From positions 123,194,001-123,258,000 of the forward strand of contig OX597817.1 of assembly GCA_951406725.2 (NCBI GenBank): a stretch of DNA of 64,000 nt, given 5' to 3'. Source of the DNA: Octopus vulgaris (lineage: Eukaryota). Shown here piece by piece: positions 40,689-54,260 of the stretch (positions within the stretch are counted from its first letter, which is position 1; each line of letters starts with the position of its first letter). Below the pieces are notes generated by a model that made no database searches, was not told the origin of the DNA, and was given only the letters and a program-made list of their open reading frames with translations. A program made the translations under genes and the position numbers.

Positions 40689-41879
40689 TCGTATAGTATA
40701 TTATAGTTGCATAACGAAATACCATGTACCTACAAATCATTAACATTTACGTACCAGCTTCTAGGAATGAGTTTAATATATAAATTGGTATATCCAGTAA
40801 CGATGCACCACTATATATAGTAGCTATTTAAGTAATATGTTCCAGGTTGATTAATGTGTTAGATTGGTGGTGATGAGGGGGCAAAAATCCTCGACATAAG
40901 GCATGTACTCCCATTACCCATTTTTCATCTTCGGTTTCATTGTTTATATCTGTCGTTTTGTATACGAAATAAATAACAAAAATTAGTGCTGGCTATAACA
41001 TCAGTAGAATATCTGAGATAACCTTAACAAATAATGTTATGATATATATGTATATATACATTGCTATCGCTAATTTATGTATATGCAATTGTGTGTAGGG
41101 ATATGCTTGTCAGAGTGTGTATATAATATATTACATACAGAACAATGTTCAAGTTTCATTTCTTTTTTTAATGATGTTTTCTTATCTTTTCCTAAATCTA
41201 TTACAGTTACTTTTGAATAAAGACATTTCTGTACATCAATATTAATTTTTCGAGTCCTTACACATCCCATTTATTAAACAATGTGGTGGTGGGGATGGTG
41301 ATAATAACATCTTGCTTGTACGCTTTGTGTTAAACCGTAAAGTATTTTGGAAATCAACCCATTACTCATGAGACAAGCAACGAAAGATTTAATAATATAC
41401 AAAAATAAGAAGCGTGAAAATTTTTTATAACAGATAAAAATCACTGACAACATGTTTAAATCAATTAGGTCCCGATGATATATTTTATGTGATGTATCTA
41501 TGTTTAATATAGCTTTGTGTGTTACTATTAGCAAAGCCTTCACAATTTTCTGATTTTTGTTGTGGATTGCTATATAAAATTGCGATGTTTTTTTTTCTAT
41601 ACAGTTTCATTTTGTGTACTGCTTAACGCTGATTTCTTGTCAATGCATGGTCAATCGACTAGAAAGTGTTGTACTTGTGTGTTTGATATAACAAGTTTAT
41701 ACAAATTTCTACAGAAATACAGTGAGAATAAAAACTAGAACCGGAAGTGTGTTTCTGTCTGCATGTGATTATATAAGCATCCAAAGTAATTACCGAAATC
41801 AGATTACATGTTACTGCGACGTTACTCGTTAGCAAATAAAGACTATGAATCGTAGAAATAATCAATTAATTACTTTTAG

Positions 41880-41963
<84 letters not shown>

Positions 41964-43369
41964 ATCTGTGTCTCTTTAACACCTCAAATGTAAGGTCTCT
42001 TCCCTTAAGACAGAGGCTCATGTCATCCTACGACGGAATCAATCTACAAATATTATTTTGGACCACCAAACCTCCAGGAACAGCTGTTGGAATTGTAATA
42101 CTTCTCTTCAAACCTTTTTAAATTCTCTATATCATTTGTATTGTGTAACTCGGACCTTTTTCTACATAAACTTGTATAAGTTTATTGTATTTCATGTATT
42201 TCATATACTTTATACATTGATATGTCTAACTTGCTTATCCCTACATTTATTGTCGTCCATCCATCCGGCCATCATACATACATACATACATACATACATA
42301 CATACATACATTACATACATACATTACATACATACATACATACATTAAATACATATATACATTTATAATAAATGCAAAAACTAATTTCTTTGTGTCAGTG
42401 TGTCACACTTTGACCTCTCACTCACTATTCAGTGGCACTTCTACTATTCTTCTTGTTGAGGTGAGAGTAATAGCTGGCATAAAGACGGTGAGGGCAGTAG
42501 CAAAATAGACAAAGAGAGAGAGAGAAGGAGAAAGAATAAGATAGGGAGAGAAAAGGAGAGACAAAGAAATTTAGGGAGAGTTGATGATGCTTTAGTAAAA
42601 GTAGTAGTTTTGATGGTGGCAGTGAGAAAATAATAAGAGAATGAACGGGTATGTGAGATAAATAGGGACTGAACAAGCATGCTGAACTAACATACTGAAC
42701 ACTGATAGTAATGGGGGTGATAGTAATAGTATGAGCTGTCGTGATAGAGGCGGAGATGGTGGTGATGATGGTGGTAGCCGAGACGGTCAGAGATGACGGT
42801 GAGAGTATGCGATGTGTGAGACAGAGGTGATATGCATACATAAATCGATATGTGTTTATAAGATCCAAGGATCAAAGGGTAGGAAGCTTGTAAGCTTAGG
42901 CATTTTAATAATCAAACAGTAAGTCATGATCGAGATTAGCATATCCATGTATACATTGTCTACAAAAAAATTAGTGTAGTATTGTCTTTTGATAGATTTA
43001 CGGGATTCACCCATATTATAACTAGCTATGCTTCGGTAGAGATATGTTCTCTTCCTTGTTATCAAAATGATAGGATCAACACACGTTCCACGTCTTGATA
43101 TTTTTCCGAACCTAATTTTTGATAAGTTTTGATTCACCAAAAGAATTTTCATGAGGTTATCGGCTTATTCATCAATAATAAACACACCTGTGAAGATTTA
43201 AACATCCCACCCCCCAAAGACACACAAGCACACGCACACGCACACACACACTGGCCATCTTCGAACTTTTCTGCCTCCCCAAACCACTTTTTCTATCTCT
43301 TTCCACTTCCAGTCATTTCGGCAATGTAATCACAGTGATACTTTTCCTTCTCTGGACTTTTCCGTTTTC

Positions 43370-43404
43370 CTTTCTTACGAAGAGCTATGCTCGAAACATC
43401 AAAG
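43370..43404 (+). ncRNA. degenerate hammerhead-like motif within a ~230 bp unit (43290-43515)
   Basis: CTTT-CTTACGA-A-GAGC-TAT-GCTC-GAAA-CA-TC-AAAG; same family as 16456 and 7035. Confidence 0.5.
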
Positions 43405-43536
43405 CCCTCTCTTTTTTACCACTGTTACCGAGCGTCAAACTGATACATTCCATATGTACGTCCTGTTGGTGTTTTGTTATTGTTACTTTTACTGTTCGAT
43501 TATACGATTTGTCTATATGTATATATGTATATATAC

Positions 43537-43671
<135 letters not shown>

Positions 43672-43829
43672 AGACTGGAACTAAGGGTTTTGATCCCCAA
43701 CTATCTTCAGGCATCAAACTCGAACAGCGAGATAAACTTTAAGCTTCAGTTTAAAAAACACATATTCTTTACAACATGTATAGAGCACTCCTTTCTCAGT
43801 CATTCGACGTTAAGTAATGTATATAAATA

Positions 43830-44175
43830 TCTTTTATCTTTTATTTCTTTCAGGTATTTGACTGCGGCTACGCTGGGGCACCGTCACGAAGGGTTTTAGG
43901 CGAACAAATCGACCCCAAGACTTATTTTACAAGCCTGGTACTTATTCTATCGGTGTATTTTTGCCGTTTCAGAGCGAAAACACACCAACACTGGATGTTA
44001 AGCGGTAGTGAGGAAGAAACACAAACACATACGTAAACACATAGATACATATATACACACATATATACACATATACATATGTATATATTTACTTTTGTCA
44101 AATCCATTCCATTCACAATGGCTTTAGAACAATGTGGTTGGGAAGGAAACCTCTTACCACACAACCACGCCTGAG
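43830..44175 (-). mobile_element. SINE family C copy
   Basis: Shared head and tail. Confidence 0.7.
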
Positions 44176-44854
44176 TTGTACTTTTATATGTGAGCATATG
44201 TGTATGTGTATATGTGTGCGTCTGTGTGTAGTGAGTGAGAGAACGTGAGTGAAAGAGGGATTATAGACAGGTAAAACTGGAGTATAGGTTGAACGAACTT
44301 CATAATTATTCCTATGCGTCGTATTATTTCCGTTATGATCCGAGGTGAAAGCTGCAAATTAAATGTCTTTTAGATGTTAATTTGCATGCATCCTTGGTTT
44401 AACTGTGTCATCTCTAAGTTCTTATAACTGCAAATTAAACTAATTTGTAATTTCTCCTCTAAGTTACAAAATATGGGCTTGTCAATGTTTGACGCTTCAC
44501 TGCTAGAGATAGCAGCGACTCATCCCTCTGTCTCCGATATATAGAATAACAGAGGCCAGAACAGGCGCTGGTATCGTGATTAGCCAGTGAGCTTGTTAGA
44601 ATTATCTATGAGCGACATAAACAGTATTAATGCCAAGAGGTAATATTTATGATGGCTTGAGAATGAGTCAGTGCTACCTAGTCGTCGAGCGTCCATCATT
44701 GGCAAGACCAAGTAAGGTCGGAATCACGTGATCGAGCGATCTCTGCGCTGGAGCTGGTGGTCAGTTATTTCCCATCTAGCGATGTAAAGAAGAGTGCTTT
44801 TACACCAAAAGCCAATACAGGAGTTTCTCTTATGGTGTCTACCGCAATTGTTTG

Positions 44855-45234
44855 AAGCACTCCGTCGGTTACGACGACGAGGGTTCCGGTTGATCCGAAT
44901 CAACGGAAAAGTCTGCTCGTGAAATTAACGTGTAAGTGGCTGAGCACTCCACAGACACGTGTACCCGTAACGTAGTTCTCGGGGATATTCAGCGTGACAC
45001 AGAGAGTGACAAGGCCGGCCCTTTGAAATACAGGTACAACAGAAACAGGAAGTAAGAGTGAGAGAAAGTTGTGGTGAAAGAGTGCAGCAGGGATCACCAC
45101 CATCCCCTGCCGGAGCCTCGTGGAGCTTTAGGTGTTTTCGCTCAATAAACACTCACAACGCCCGGTCTGGGAATCGAAACCGCGATCCTATGACCGCGAG
45201 TCCGCTGCCCTAACCATTGGGCCATTGCGCCTCC
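44855..45234 (-). mobile_element. SINE family B, full length (tRNA-derived)
   Basis: GGAGGCGCAATGGCCCAATGGTTAGGGCAGCGGACTCGCGGTCATAGGATCGCGGTTTCGATTCCC with A and B boxes. Confidence 0.88.
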
Positions 45235-46522
45235 CTACCGCAGTATAGCTTGTATAGAGAATCCACGTTTAAATGTGCAATAATATTAACTCACTTGTAC
45301 GATTCTAGTACGATGTCTTACTTTGTGGTGCTTCATCGATGTCTACGGTCTTCCAAAACGTTTCTTATGGACATTCTGAACTATCTCGCCTGCATCACAC
45401 TTATCTCATATTTAATCGTAATTCACATATATACGTATGTATTCAACATTCACTCCTAAGCAATTCTTTGTACTTCGACTGCGTTTTCAAGCTTCCAGTG
45501 GCACTTTAAAAACGTTTCCCTTGTCCAAAACTTAAAATCTAGCTCCCTTCATTTTTTTCTTATTGGTTAAATCTAAATAAAACTGAAAATTGAGTTATCA
45601 ACTTTTAAAATCTGTATTCATTTTCGCACGCCCCCACACAAACACTCACACACACATTCAAAAGTTAAAATAAAAATGTTACTTGTACTTTTATATCTAT
45701 GTGTGATGAATTGAATTAAACCTTTTATCTCAGTTTTATCATCAGCTTGTTTTTAAAGATGTATGTGAAAGTAGTTTCCACAAGACTCTATGTAATATAA
45801 TTTTCCTACTTTTGTTTTAACCATGAACGAAGTTTTCCATTAATTCCCTGTAGAAACCAGAATGGCTGCATAACTTTTTGGAAATATCTCAACGGAATAA
45901 TGTTTTCTAGCTTTGGCACGAGACCACGAATTTCAGTGGAATGGAATAATGATGTGATGTCACGAGTCGCCAAAATATATTATTAATTCTCGAAATTATT
46001 CATCACCAATTATAGAAATGCGAAACAGCTACAACAGTACTATACTTATTTTTTTTTACGGATATGTTTGTTAGCTGTTCTAAGAGAAACGATTCTCTTC
46101 TGTATTGATAATCTGATCCATCTCAGAGTTTGAAATTATTGCTAGGGTTGTCATTAATGCTGATGATGTTGATGATGACGTAAACATCTTGTTTCAAGCA
46201 ACTGAATCACTGTATCTATATTTAGAAATCGGAGACAGCTCTGAATTGATAAAAATGTATTCTAGACATAGAATTAAATTGTGATAGCTTACATTTTATT
46301 GAGACTGTAGCGTGTATTTTGAGGAAACTTTGCTTACTATTTCTTGTATGTTAAATGATCGTGTAAAGTATCTTATGTTGGCTCCGGTCTCCGTCGTTAT
46401 TACTGGTGCTATTATTCATTTAGCTACTCGTTTGCTGTAAACGAGAGGTCCTAAAATGTAGTGTTTACCAACAGTGACCATCGCCTCCTATATATCTAAG
46501 CATACATCATGCAATTAGTCTA

Positions 46523-46886
46523 TTATTTGTTAAGAGTGTAGGTGCGTTCTGAAGAGTTTTCGCTGCCATTTCCAATAGATGAAATAGTGGTGTAGAGATT
46601 TTCACTGTAGTTATTGTTGTTGTTGTTTTTGCTGCCCAATCCTGAGTACTCCAGAGTGTTAATGTCTATGAAAATGATAATAAGCATTCCAGTTGCGACA
46701 ATTCCATCTCCAAGGACTGCTTTGTGCAACGTGTTAATCTTTCTATACAAAGGTAGTGTATATTCTGAGGAGGTGTGGCTGCGTGTCTGCGTCTGGTTCA
46801 CGATATCGTAAATTCTCCATCGTTGACTCATTCGGTTTCCCCTTAGGAGCAAGTACACATTTCCAATTACAGAGCCAACAAAGAAT
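46523..46886 (-). CDS. terminal coding exon of an uncharacterised gene (putative divergent B9/C2-domain protein)
   Basis: TAGCAG| acceptor, phase 2; 120 open codons FFVGSVIGNVYLLLRGNRMSQRWRIYD...TLNK then TAA TAG. Confidence 0.7.
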
Positions 46887-47085
46887 CTGCTATGTAGTAA
46901 CTTGATTTGTTAGATATGATAGCTAAATGTCCCCAATATATTAATCTATAAATTAAAAATAAAACATTGGGTAACGTGTATAAAAAAGCAATGTTTACGA
47001 ATAAAGCATTGTTGATCACAGGTCGTTATAACAAAGTTGATCTGGGGTTAGACAACAACAATCTACAACAATAAATACAGTCTAC

Positions 47086-47196
47086 CTGTTGAACCACACA
47101 GAATCCTTTTTGTTGTACTTAACCATAGCTCTCTCATTTTCTTCTTTGGATTGATGTAGTCCGCCAGTCACTTTCTCAAGAAAAGAATTCGTTGGC
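47086..47196 (-). CDS. internal exon of the same gene (111 bp, phase 2-2)
   Basis: T-rich tract..GTGTAG| acceptor, AG|GTAGAC donor; PTNSFLEKVTGGLHQSKEENERAMVKYNKKDSVWFN. Confidence 0.72.
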
Positions 47197-47283
47197 CTAC
47201 ACATATGTATGTAAAAAAAAAAGAAGAAACAGATGGAACAAAATTTAAGGTTTTGAAATTCATTTTTGAGATAAATTATAAAC

Positions 47284-47372
47284 CTTAGCCACTGCAAAAC
47301 TTCATGACACCGTGCCGGATTCATCTGGCATCTTGCAACTTGAATCTGCCTGCTGGCCCCTCGCCATGCAGA
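47284..47372 (-). CDS. internal exon of the same gene (89 bp, phase 0-2)
   Basis: TTTCAG| acceptor, AAG|GTTTAT donor; SAWRGASRQIQVARCQMNPARCHEVLQWL; GC-rich relative to flanks. Confidence 0.72.
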
Positions 47373-47912
47373 CTGAAATATCATAGTTAATGGAAGAAAA
47401 GTGGAAAAAGAACCAGCTCCAAAACACTGGAATCAGACACTCCAAGGATAACCAGAAACTTTTCGAGGACCATCTAGTCAACAAAGAAACAAACAGTAGA
47501 AAATCGACCATATTAGAAGCTTGCTTTCTTATGTATCTCAGAATACGGAAAAAGCTAAATCCAAGTATTTCTAAATGTTCATGTATAAAGCATCCCGGAA
47601 TATTTTCTTCTCGGTCAGTCTTCTGAAATATCTTTATAGCTTATTTCTGGCAAGCCACCCTGATAAAATACATTCCTCGTTTGATTTTACGAGATGGCTA
47701 GTATTCATCTTTACTAGCTAGTTAGATATTTGCCAATTTCACTCGCCCCCACCGTTTACAGTATTACATATATATATAGTATATATATATGGATTTAAAG
47801 TAAAGTTTATTTTCCATGAACACAAAATAACGCCAGTAGTCAGGTGCATCCTGCTGACGTACTCCTCTGGTTTTAGGTCTATCTATTGAATTACAGCAAC
47901 CAGTTAACTTAC

Positions 47913-47949
47913 CCAGAACTTAGTCGTAAAGATGTTTATGCGAAAGCTT
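47913..47949 (-). CDS. candidate 37 bp micro-exon (phase 2-0)
   Basis: TACGTAG| acceptor, TGG|GTAAGT donor; SFRINIFTTKFW. Confidence 0.45.
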
Positions 47950-48456
47950 CTACGTATTCGCCGATATGAAATAAATTACTTCACTTTCCTCTTACATTAT
48001 ATCTACCTTATATAAAAACTAGTTATACAGTTTTAAAATTGTAACAACGGAATATATAATGATCCGGTATATATTAAACCATAGAAATTTAAGTAAAAAA
48101 GGTGCTTACACTTCTACACAGTCACTTAGCTAACTAGAAATAACAGCCAAAATTTTCTTCGGGTGCACCGTTACCGACTTCAAAACAGAAAAGAAAATAC
48201 TATCGATGAATTTACAAAACGAATTTGTGGTTATAATTGGATTACATCTAAGTATATGTCTAAGGTTGGCCTAGGTCAAAAGAAATAATCCCTCACAGAA
48301 ATTCAAGAATACTGATAACACCAATTTCACTCATCAAAAGAACTATGGAAAAACTACGAACATTGTCCCTCCGTTTTCAAAATAGCTATAAAAAAATGCG
48401 AACAAACATACATTTATTGGATCGTACATTCAAGAAGGAATATAGCTGGACAAACA

Positions 48457-48501
<45 letters not shown>

Positions 48502-48772
48502 CTATTTACTTGCATTCATCGTTGGGTGACAATATGACAAAACATCCCATGTCTTATTTCTAAAACAAATTGGATTAATGCCACTGCTATTGGCAGCTTG
48601 TAGTGTAAACACTGATTGTTATAAGCAGGCAATATTATAGCGTTGTATAATGAACACTTTATGCTTTCTTTTTTCTTTTTTTTCTTCTTTTCCGGAATTT
48701 GGTAGGTGTAAAGAAATACTCTTTTCTCGAATCTTTGGGCCAAACGAAGAAATATTACGTACGACTCCTTAC

Positions 48773-48826
48773 TGTGTTTGCTTCAACTGGCATCTTGTAC
48801 GCATGGAGCGTAATATAAACTTTAAG
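48773..48826 (-). CDS. internal exon of the same gene (54 bp)
   Basis: TTTTTTTTACAG| acceptor, CA|GTAAGG donor; LKFILRSMRTRCQLKQT (phase 2) or LKVYITLHAYKMPVEANT (phase 0). Confidence 0.62.
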
Positions 48827-49014
48827 CTGTAAAAAAAAGGAATCACACTATTTATAAAGCTGCCAATTTCTGACAATAGTAGCTGTATTTATTTTAAAGG
48901 AAATCTAATACGCGTTTATGCATGATGGCTCAGTTAAATAAACAAATTGAAGGAAGCAGAGGTCAATAAAAAGAGATCGAGATAGAAAGTAATATGTGTG
49001 TGTGTGTATGTGTG

Positions 49015-49082
<68 letters not shown>

Positions 49083-49104
49083 AACACATACACACACACA
49101 CAAT

Positions 49105-49255
49105 GGTCTTCTTTTTGCTTCCGTCTAACAAATCCACTCAGAAGGCTGTGGTCAACCCGAGGCTATAGTAGAAGATATTTGCCTATATTACCACGCAGTG
49201 GGACTAGATCCAGAAATGTGGTTGGCGAGCAAACTTCTTAATATACAGCCACACA
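49105..49255 (-). mobile_element. SINE family C head half
   Basis: GTCCCACTGCGTGG...TCTTCTACTATAGCCTCGGGT...GAGTGGATTTG. Confidence 0.7.
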
Positions 49256-49318
49256 TTCACATATATATGTAAAAGAGAAGTGTTTTTGTATATAAGCGCA
49301 CCAGCTTGTGTATGTATA

Positions 49319-49538
49319 CGAGGGGCTACTGAAAAGTTCCTGGTTTTAAAGGTATCGCGAAGAGCCTTGTTGAAGGCCCAATCTTCTGAGTTCTTTTAGA
49401 GGGCTAAGGAAAAAAACTGAAGGACGGCTGCAATAAGTGTGTGAATCTGAGAGGGGAATATATTGAATAAAACTCATAATTTACTGATCCCCATGTATTT
49501 TCTTTTATCCAAAGCCAGGGACTTTTCATACCCCGTGG
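49319..49538 (+). mobile_element. internally deleted mariner (MITE-like)
   Basis: TA|CGAGGGGCTACTGAAAAGTTCCTGG...CCAGGGACTTTTCATACCCCGTGG|TA; transposase tail KCVNLRGEYIE*. Confidence 0.78.
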
Positions 49539-49701
49539 TATATAAGCTTGTGTATGCGTATTTCTTTACTGTTGCTGTTGTCTGTTAAGTTGACACAGGA
49601 TAATATACATATATTATACATATATTATACATATTACCATCCAATTTCATTTCCAGACATAGTAAACTCAACTCTTCATTAAATAGAAAGCAATAAAATA
49701 T

Positions 49702-51003
49702 TGTTACGAAACGGACTGGATCGCCCGTCGTCGCTCGCCCGAACGGCACAATCTCGCCACGGAACCCAAAGAGAGGAGGAGAGGAGATACAGATAGATAC
49801 TGCCACAACATCAACAGCACAGCACAGAGATACAGAGGCACAACCCGAGATACAACCCAAAGAGGCAAGGCAACAACTGGCAACACTGGCTTATATTCAA
49901 ACAACAGTTTATACGACAATTACAATTGTTACAACATCAAGATACATCAAAGCATGCACGTGACTACTCAATACATAATACAACAGCATTTCAAGAGTAC
50001 AACTCAAAGCATAATACAACATCATGTAACAATTCAAGAGTACACGTCTCAAGACAACAGTTCTTTAAAGTCTCTTCCTAAACATCACAATCAACAAGTC
50101 CTTTACTCTTCTTCTTCACAATGTCCTTTATCGACCACATCGACAGAGTCCTTGACTGTTCTTTTCACTGTTCAATACACCGTGACACATATCAATGCAC
50201 AAACACATACCTCAATTCCTAATTGAATCTGCCAGTGTCCCATTCCTCTCAATACTGCTAATTCCTCTGAATACTGCTAATTCCCTCCTGTGCATATTCC
50301 AATCTGCATATATCCCAATCAGTGCCGCCAAGCTTTCTCGCATCCAACTTGCTCCCAAGAATTCCAACGCTTGCTCCTTAAATCCAAGGTCCGTCTGTCT
50401 TCTTCGAGGACCGGCCAGCGACTGCAAGATCCGTCTGTGTTCCTCGACGACCGCTCAACGACTGCCCTTCTTGACGACCAGCTACCAACTACCCAGATCC
50501 GTCCTTCCTGACGACCAACTGCGAACTACCAGACCTCACTTCGTCTCTGTCCTTCTTCCACTCCCTCATCTCCCTCTGTACCGCTCACACCCTCTCTAAC
50601 TGCCCTGGTCCTTATACTCTATCTATATCCTCAATCTGTCCCTTACTGCTTATAACCTTTCTATCTGCTCTCTGATCTTACTGCCTATCTCTATCACCTG
50701 CTGCCTATTACCCTCTCTATCTGTCCCTTTTCTCTTACTGCCTATCTCTATCGCCTGCTGCCTATTACCCTCTCTTGACAGCTCTACCATACTCTCTGCC
50801 TGTCCCTCTCTGCCCCCTCATCCTCTCTCACGACATATTCAAGGGGTGTCCAGAGCGACCCCTAATTCACCCGCACAAGGTCACAGGTCATTCCAAAACC
50901 CATTAGTCCTCCATTAAACAAAAGACTGTCACTTTTCTACTAGACATGCCGGAACCATAATTCCAATGTGGGTCACCGGGAAATGCACCAGCTAACCGTA
51001 ACA
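49702..51003. mobile_element. solo LTR (Ty3/Gypsy-type), 1302 bp
   Basis: ATAT|TGTTACG...CGTAACA|ATAT: TG..CA ends, 7-bp terminal inverted repeat, 4-bp TSD; internal ~42 bp duplication near 50678-50775. Confidence 0.85.
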
Positions 51004-51734
51004 ATATATACTAGAGTAAATGCCGTGGTCTATATAGTTATTTCTACTCTATGCACAAGTGTCGAAGTTTTGTGGGAGGAAGCCTGTCAATTACATCGAC
51101 GCCAGTGCTGGATTCTTACTGATTTTATCGATCTGGAGAAGACGAACGGCAAAGTCAAATTCGGTGGAATTTGAACTCTGAAAGAAATGATGCTAAGCAT
51201 TTTGCAAGAGACAAAATGAGGAATTATTTGTTTACATTGGTTTCTGGTTTTCTCAAGCTTTTAGGGATATATGAATGGCAATAATAAAATGATTGATGAG
51301 AGCTGCAAAATCAAAGCTAAACAACATGTATTTTTATAATGATAAATTTATGTTGGTTTTCGTAGAAAAGAGGGAAAAACCGCAAAATATTGTTAAATTT
51401 CTTCAAATTAATATAAATATTGAAGTTGTTTATAAACAGCAACGACTTGAGCGTTGTCATTCAATTATTAAAACTCATTATATTCGTAAATTTCTAGGAT
51501 AATATAACTAATCATTTATAATTGGATTTTGAATGAACGAAAAGCAAAAACCCTTATTCAGAGACAATAGCTGAATCCGTTGTATTCGATTAAATGCATA
51601 ATATTTATATTATGTGTAATTCTGCTTGTAGTTAAGTTTTATTTCTCATTTCCCTAAGGTTGGTACATGAAAATACGGTATTCTTTTACCAAGTCATGTT
51701 CTCTGAGATTATCGGTACGGTTATTAATTTGATC

Positions 51735-51932
51735 TTGTACTTGTTTCAGATATCTGAGGGCGACCATGCTGGAGCACCGCCTTGATGGGTTTAATCAAAC
51801 AAATCGACCACACTACAATGTTTTAAACAGTCTATCCGGATCGCTTGTCGAAGCACTACTTTACGAGGGTGTAAACACATCAACTTTGGATGTAAAGCAA
51901 TGTAGGGAAAACACAAAGGCACACACACGCAG

Positions 51933-51996
<64 letters not shown>

Positions 51997-52140
51997 GCGC
52001 GCGACGCGCTCTCGGTTTCCTTCTACCAAATTCACTCACAAACCATTCATCGAACCGTGGCTATAGCAGAAGTACTTACTCAAAGTACACCGCAACAGAC
52101 CAAGCCCGAAGCTACGTAGTTGCAAAGAAAGACATGCCTG
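51735..52140 (-). mobile_element. SINE family C copy
   Basis: GACCATGCTGGAGCACCGCC tail, (CA)n, head remnant. Confidence 0.65.
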
Positions 52141-52258
52141 AACCGATAATTAGTTAAAGAAATTCCTTCTGATGTCTTCTACTTTGTACCATCGCAACTG
52201 GTTCACTAATAACTAGCGAGTGAATTTAGTGAACAAAATCTTAGCGGATGCTTGTCAC

Positions 52259-52259
<1 letters not shown>

Positions 52260-52344
<85 letters not shown>

Positions 52345-52444
52345 TTATCTATCTATCTATCTGTATGTCTGCCTGTCTGTCTGCCTGTCTGCCTGGCTGC
52401 CTGCCTGTCTGTCTGCTTACCTGTTTGTCTGTCTTCCTATCTAT

Positions 52445-52484
<40 letters not shown>

Positions 52485-52575
52485 TTGTCTGCCTGTCTGC
52501 CTGCCTGTCTGTCTGTCTATCTCCCTGCCTGTCTGTCTGTCTGTCTGTCTCTCTCTGTCTCTCTCTCTCTCTATC
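52260..52575. repeat. compound tetranucleotide microsatellite (CTAT)n/(CTGT)n/(CCTG)n
   Basis: Directly visible. Confidence 0.95.
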
Positions 52576-52656
52576 TATTTTTCTCCGCTATGTATGTATG
52601 TATGTATTTATGTATGTATGTGTCTATCTATGTGCGTATTTATGCGTATATGTGTA

Positions 52657-53215
52657 TACGAAGCGGTATCAAAAAGTTCTCGTACTAGTTCTGTAGCGCG
52701 CCAACAAATGGCAGCACACGGTTACTTTCATGAGGCAGTGTGCTAAGTGACAACGCTGTGTTTACTTGGCAAGTTATGGAATTTGTGTTTTTGTGATCAC
52801 GTGTATGCTGTAGTAGCGTGCAGTTTTGTCATGGATAAGAAGTTAGAACAAAGATCCAACATGAAATTTTGCGTTAAACTTAGGAAGTCTGCTAGATAGA
52901 CATTGAGCATGCATCGAAAACTTATGGCAATGAAGCAATGAGTTGATGCAATGTTTCGGGTGGCACGGGAGCTTCAAAAGCAGAAGAACGTCATTTTGAA
53001 AGACAATGAGATATATAGGAAGACCTGCTATGAGTGTCATCCATGGAGATGTGGTATTGTGCATCGAGAATTCGTCCCTCTACCATCGAAAGTTCGTCTC
53101 CTGCGACGTTTTAAAGCGTTTGAGGGAGAACATTCGGCGAAAGTGACCGGATCAGTGGAGCACGAAGAAATGGGTTCTTTATGTCACCGAGCTCTCCTCA
53201 CTCGTAGTTTACTCT
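52657..53215 (+). mobile_element. mariner 5' remnant
   Basis: TACGAAGCGGTATCAAAAAGTT TIR; MDKKLEQRSNMKFCVKLRKSA, YGNEAMS, GIVHREFVP. Confidence 0.82.
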
Positions 53216-53219
53216 TTAA

Positions 53220-54044
53220 CTCTTTTACTTGTTTCAGTAATTTGACTGTGGCCATGCTGGAGCACTGCCTCTAGTCGAGCAAATCGACCCCAGGACCTAT
53301 TCTTTGCAAGCCTAGTAGTCATTCTACCGGTATCTTTTGCCGTACCGCTATGTTACGGTGACGTAAACACACCAGCATCGGTTGTCAAGCGATGTTGAGG
53401 GTACAAACAGACACACAGACATATACACACGCAAATATATGTATATATATATACATATATATATATAATTATCACTATAAAATTATCTTAGCATTTTCTA
53501 TTTTTGACTTGTTTTATATAATTAGGGCTTAGTAAAATAAATTACTTTGCCACATACTGAACTTAGTAGAAATAGCAGCCAAAAAAATTTTCTTAGCATT
53601 TCTACTACTTAAAGAAAATTTCTCTCAGATAATGTTTACTCTAGACAGCTCACGAAGGTTTGGGGGTAAATACAGAAAAATATCACTAGTACATAGATCG
53701 TTTGAGTACGTCAACGTTTCAAGATTAGCCAAATAAAATCAGCATTTCTTTCGTCAGCTCAAAATTTCTTAATTTGGATTTCGAAACACTAAAAAGCTGT
53801 CTAGGCGCATTTTGAATTTGTTGACACTGTTAGTTGAAGTGGTTCATCTGAAGCGACAAGTCGCTGATAGGTAAAGTTCCTTCTTTTTACTGAGAGAAAT
53901 TTTCTTTAAGTAGTAGAAATGCTAAAAAAAAAATTTTTTTTGGCTGCTATTTCTACTAAGTTCAGTATGTGCAAAGTAATTTATTTTACTAAGCCCTAAT
54001 TATATAATGTAATATTTTGAATTCGCCTTAAACACACACACACA

Positions 54045-54094
<50 letters not shown>

Positions 54095-54260
54095 GACGGG
54101 CTTCTTTCAGTTTCCGCCTACCAAATCCACTCACAATGCTTTGGTCGACCCGAGGCTATAGTAGAAGACATTTGACCAAGGTGTCACGTAGTGGGACTGA
54201 AACCGGAACCATGTGGTTGGTAAATAAGCTACTTACCACACAGCCACTCCTACGCCTATA
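53220..54260 (-). mobile_element. SINE family C copy split at its internal microsatellite by a foldback insertion
   Basis: Tail 53220-53420 and head 54090-54260 (GGCGTAGGAGTGGCTGTGTGGTAAG) flank the 53514-54007 element. Confidence 0.8.
53514..54007. mobile_element. foldback/MITE with ~115 bp TIRs
   Basis: TTATATAATTAGGGCTTAGTAAAATAAATTACTTTGC...CTCTCAG versus its inverse at 53890-54007. Confidence 0.9.

Larger units (their letters stand above)
38844..40741. mobile_element. host TIR element (~50 bp TIRs) carrying nested Tc1 and hAT insertions
   Basis: AATGACTTATAGGTACGTGGTATTTCGTTATGCAACCATAATATACTATA versus its near-perfect inverse at 40693-40741. Confidence 0.75.

Noticed and set aside
41060-43200. 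Further Penelope-like RT fragments
   Set aside because: Only faint motif traces; insufficient for a feature call
45165-45234. tRNA gene
   Set aside because: tRNA-like head continues into a SINE body and has no closing acceptor stem; the same applies to 57400-57470
46080-46245. Additional downstream exon (acceptor TCAATTCAG, minus strand)
   Set aside because: Lies after the stop codon at 46523 and no convincing upstream donor was found
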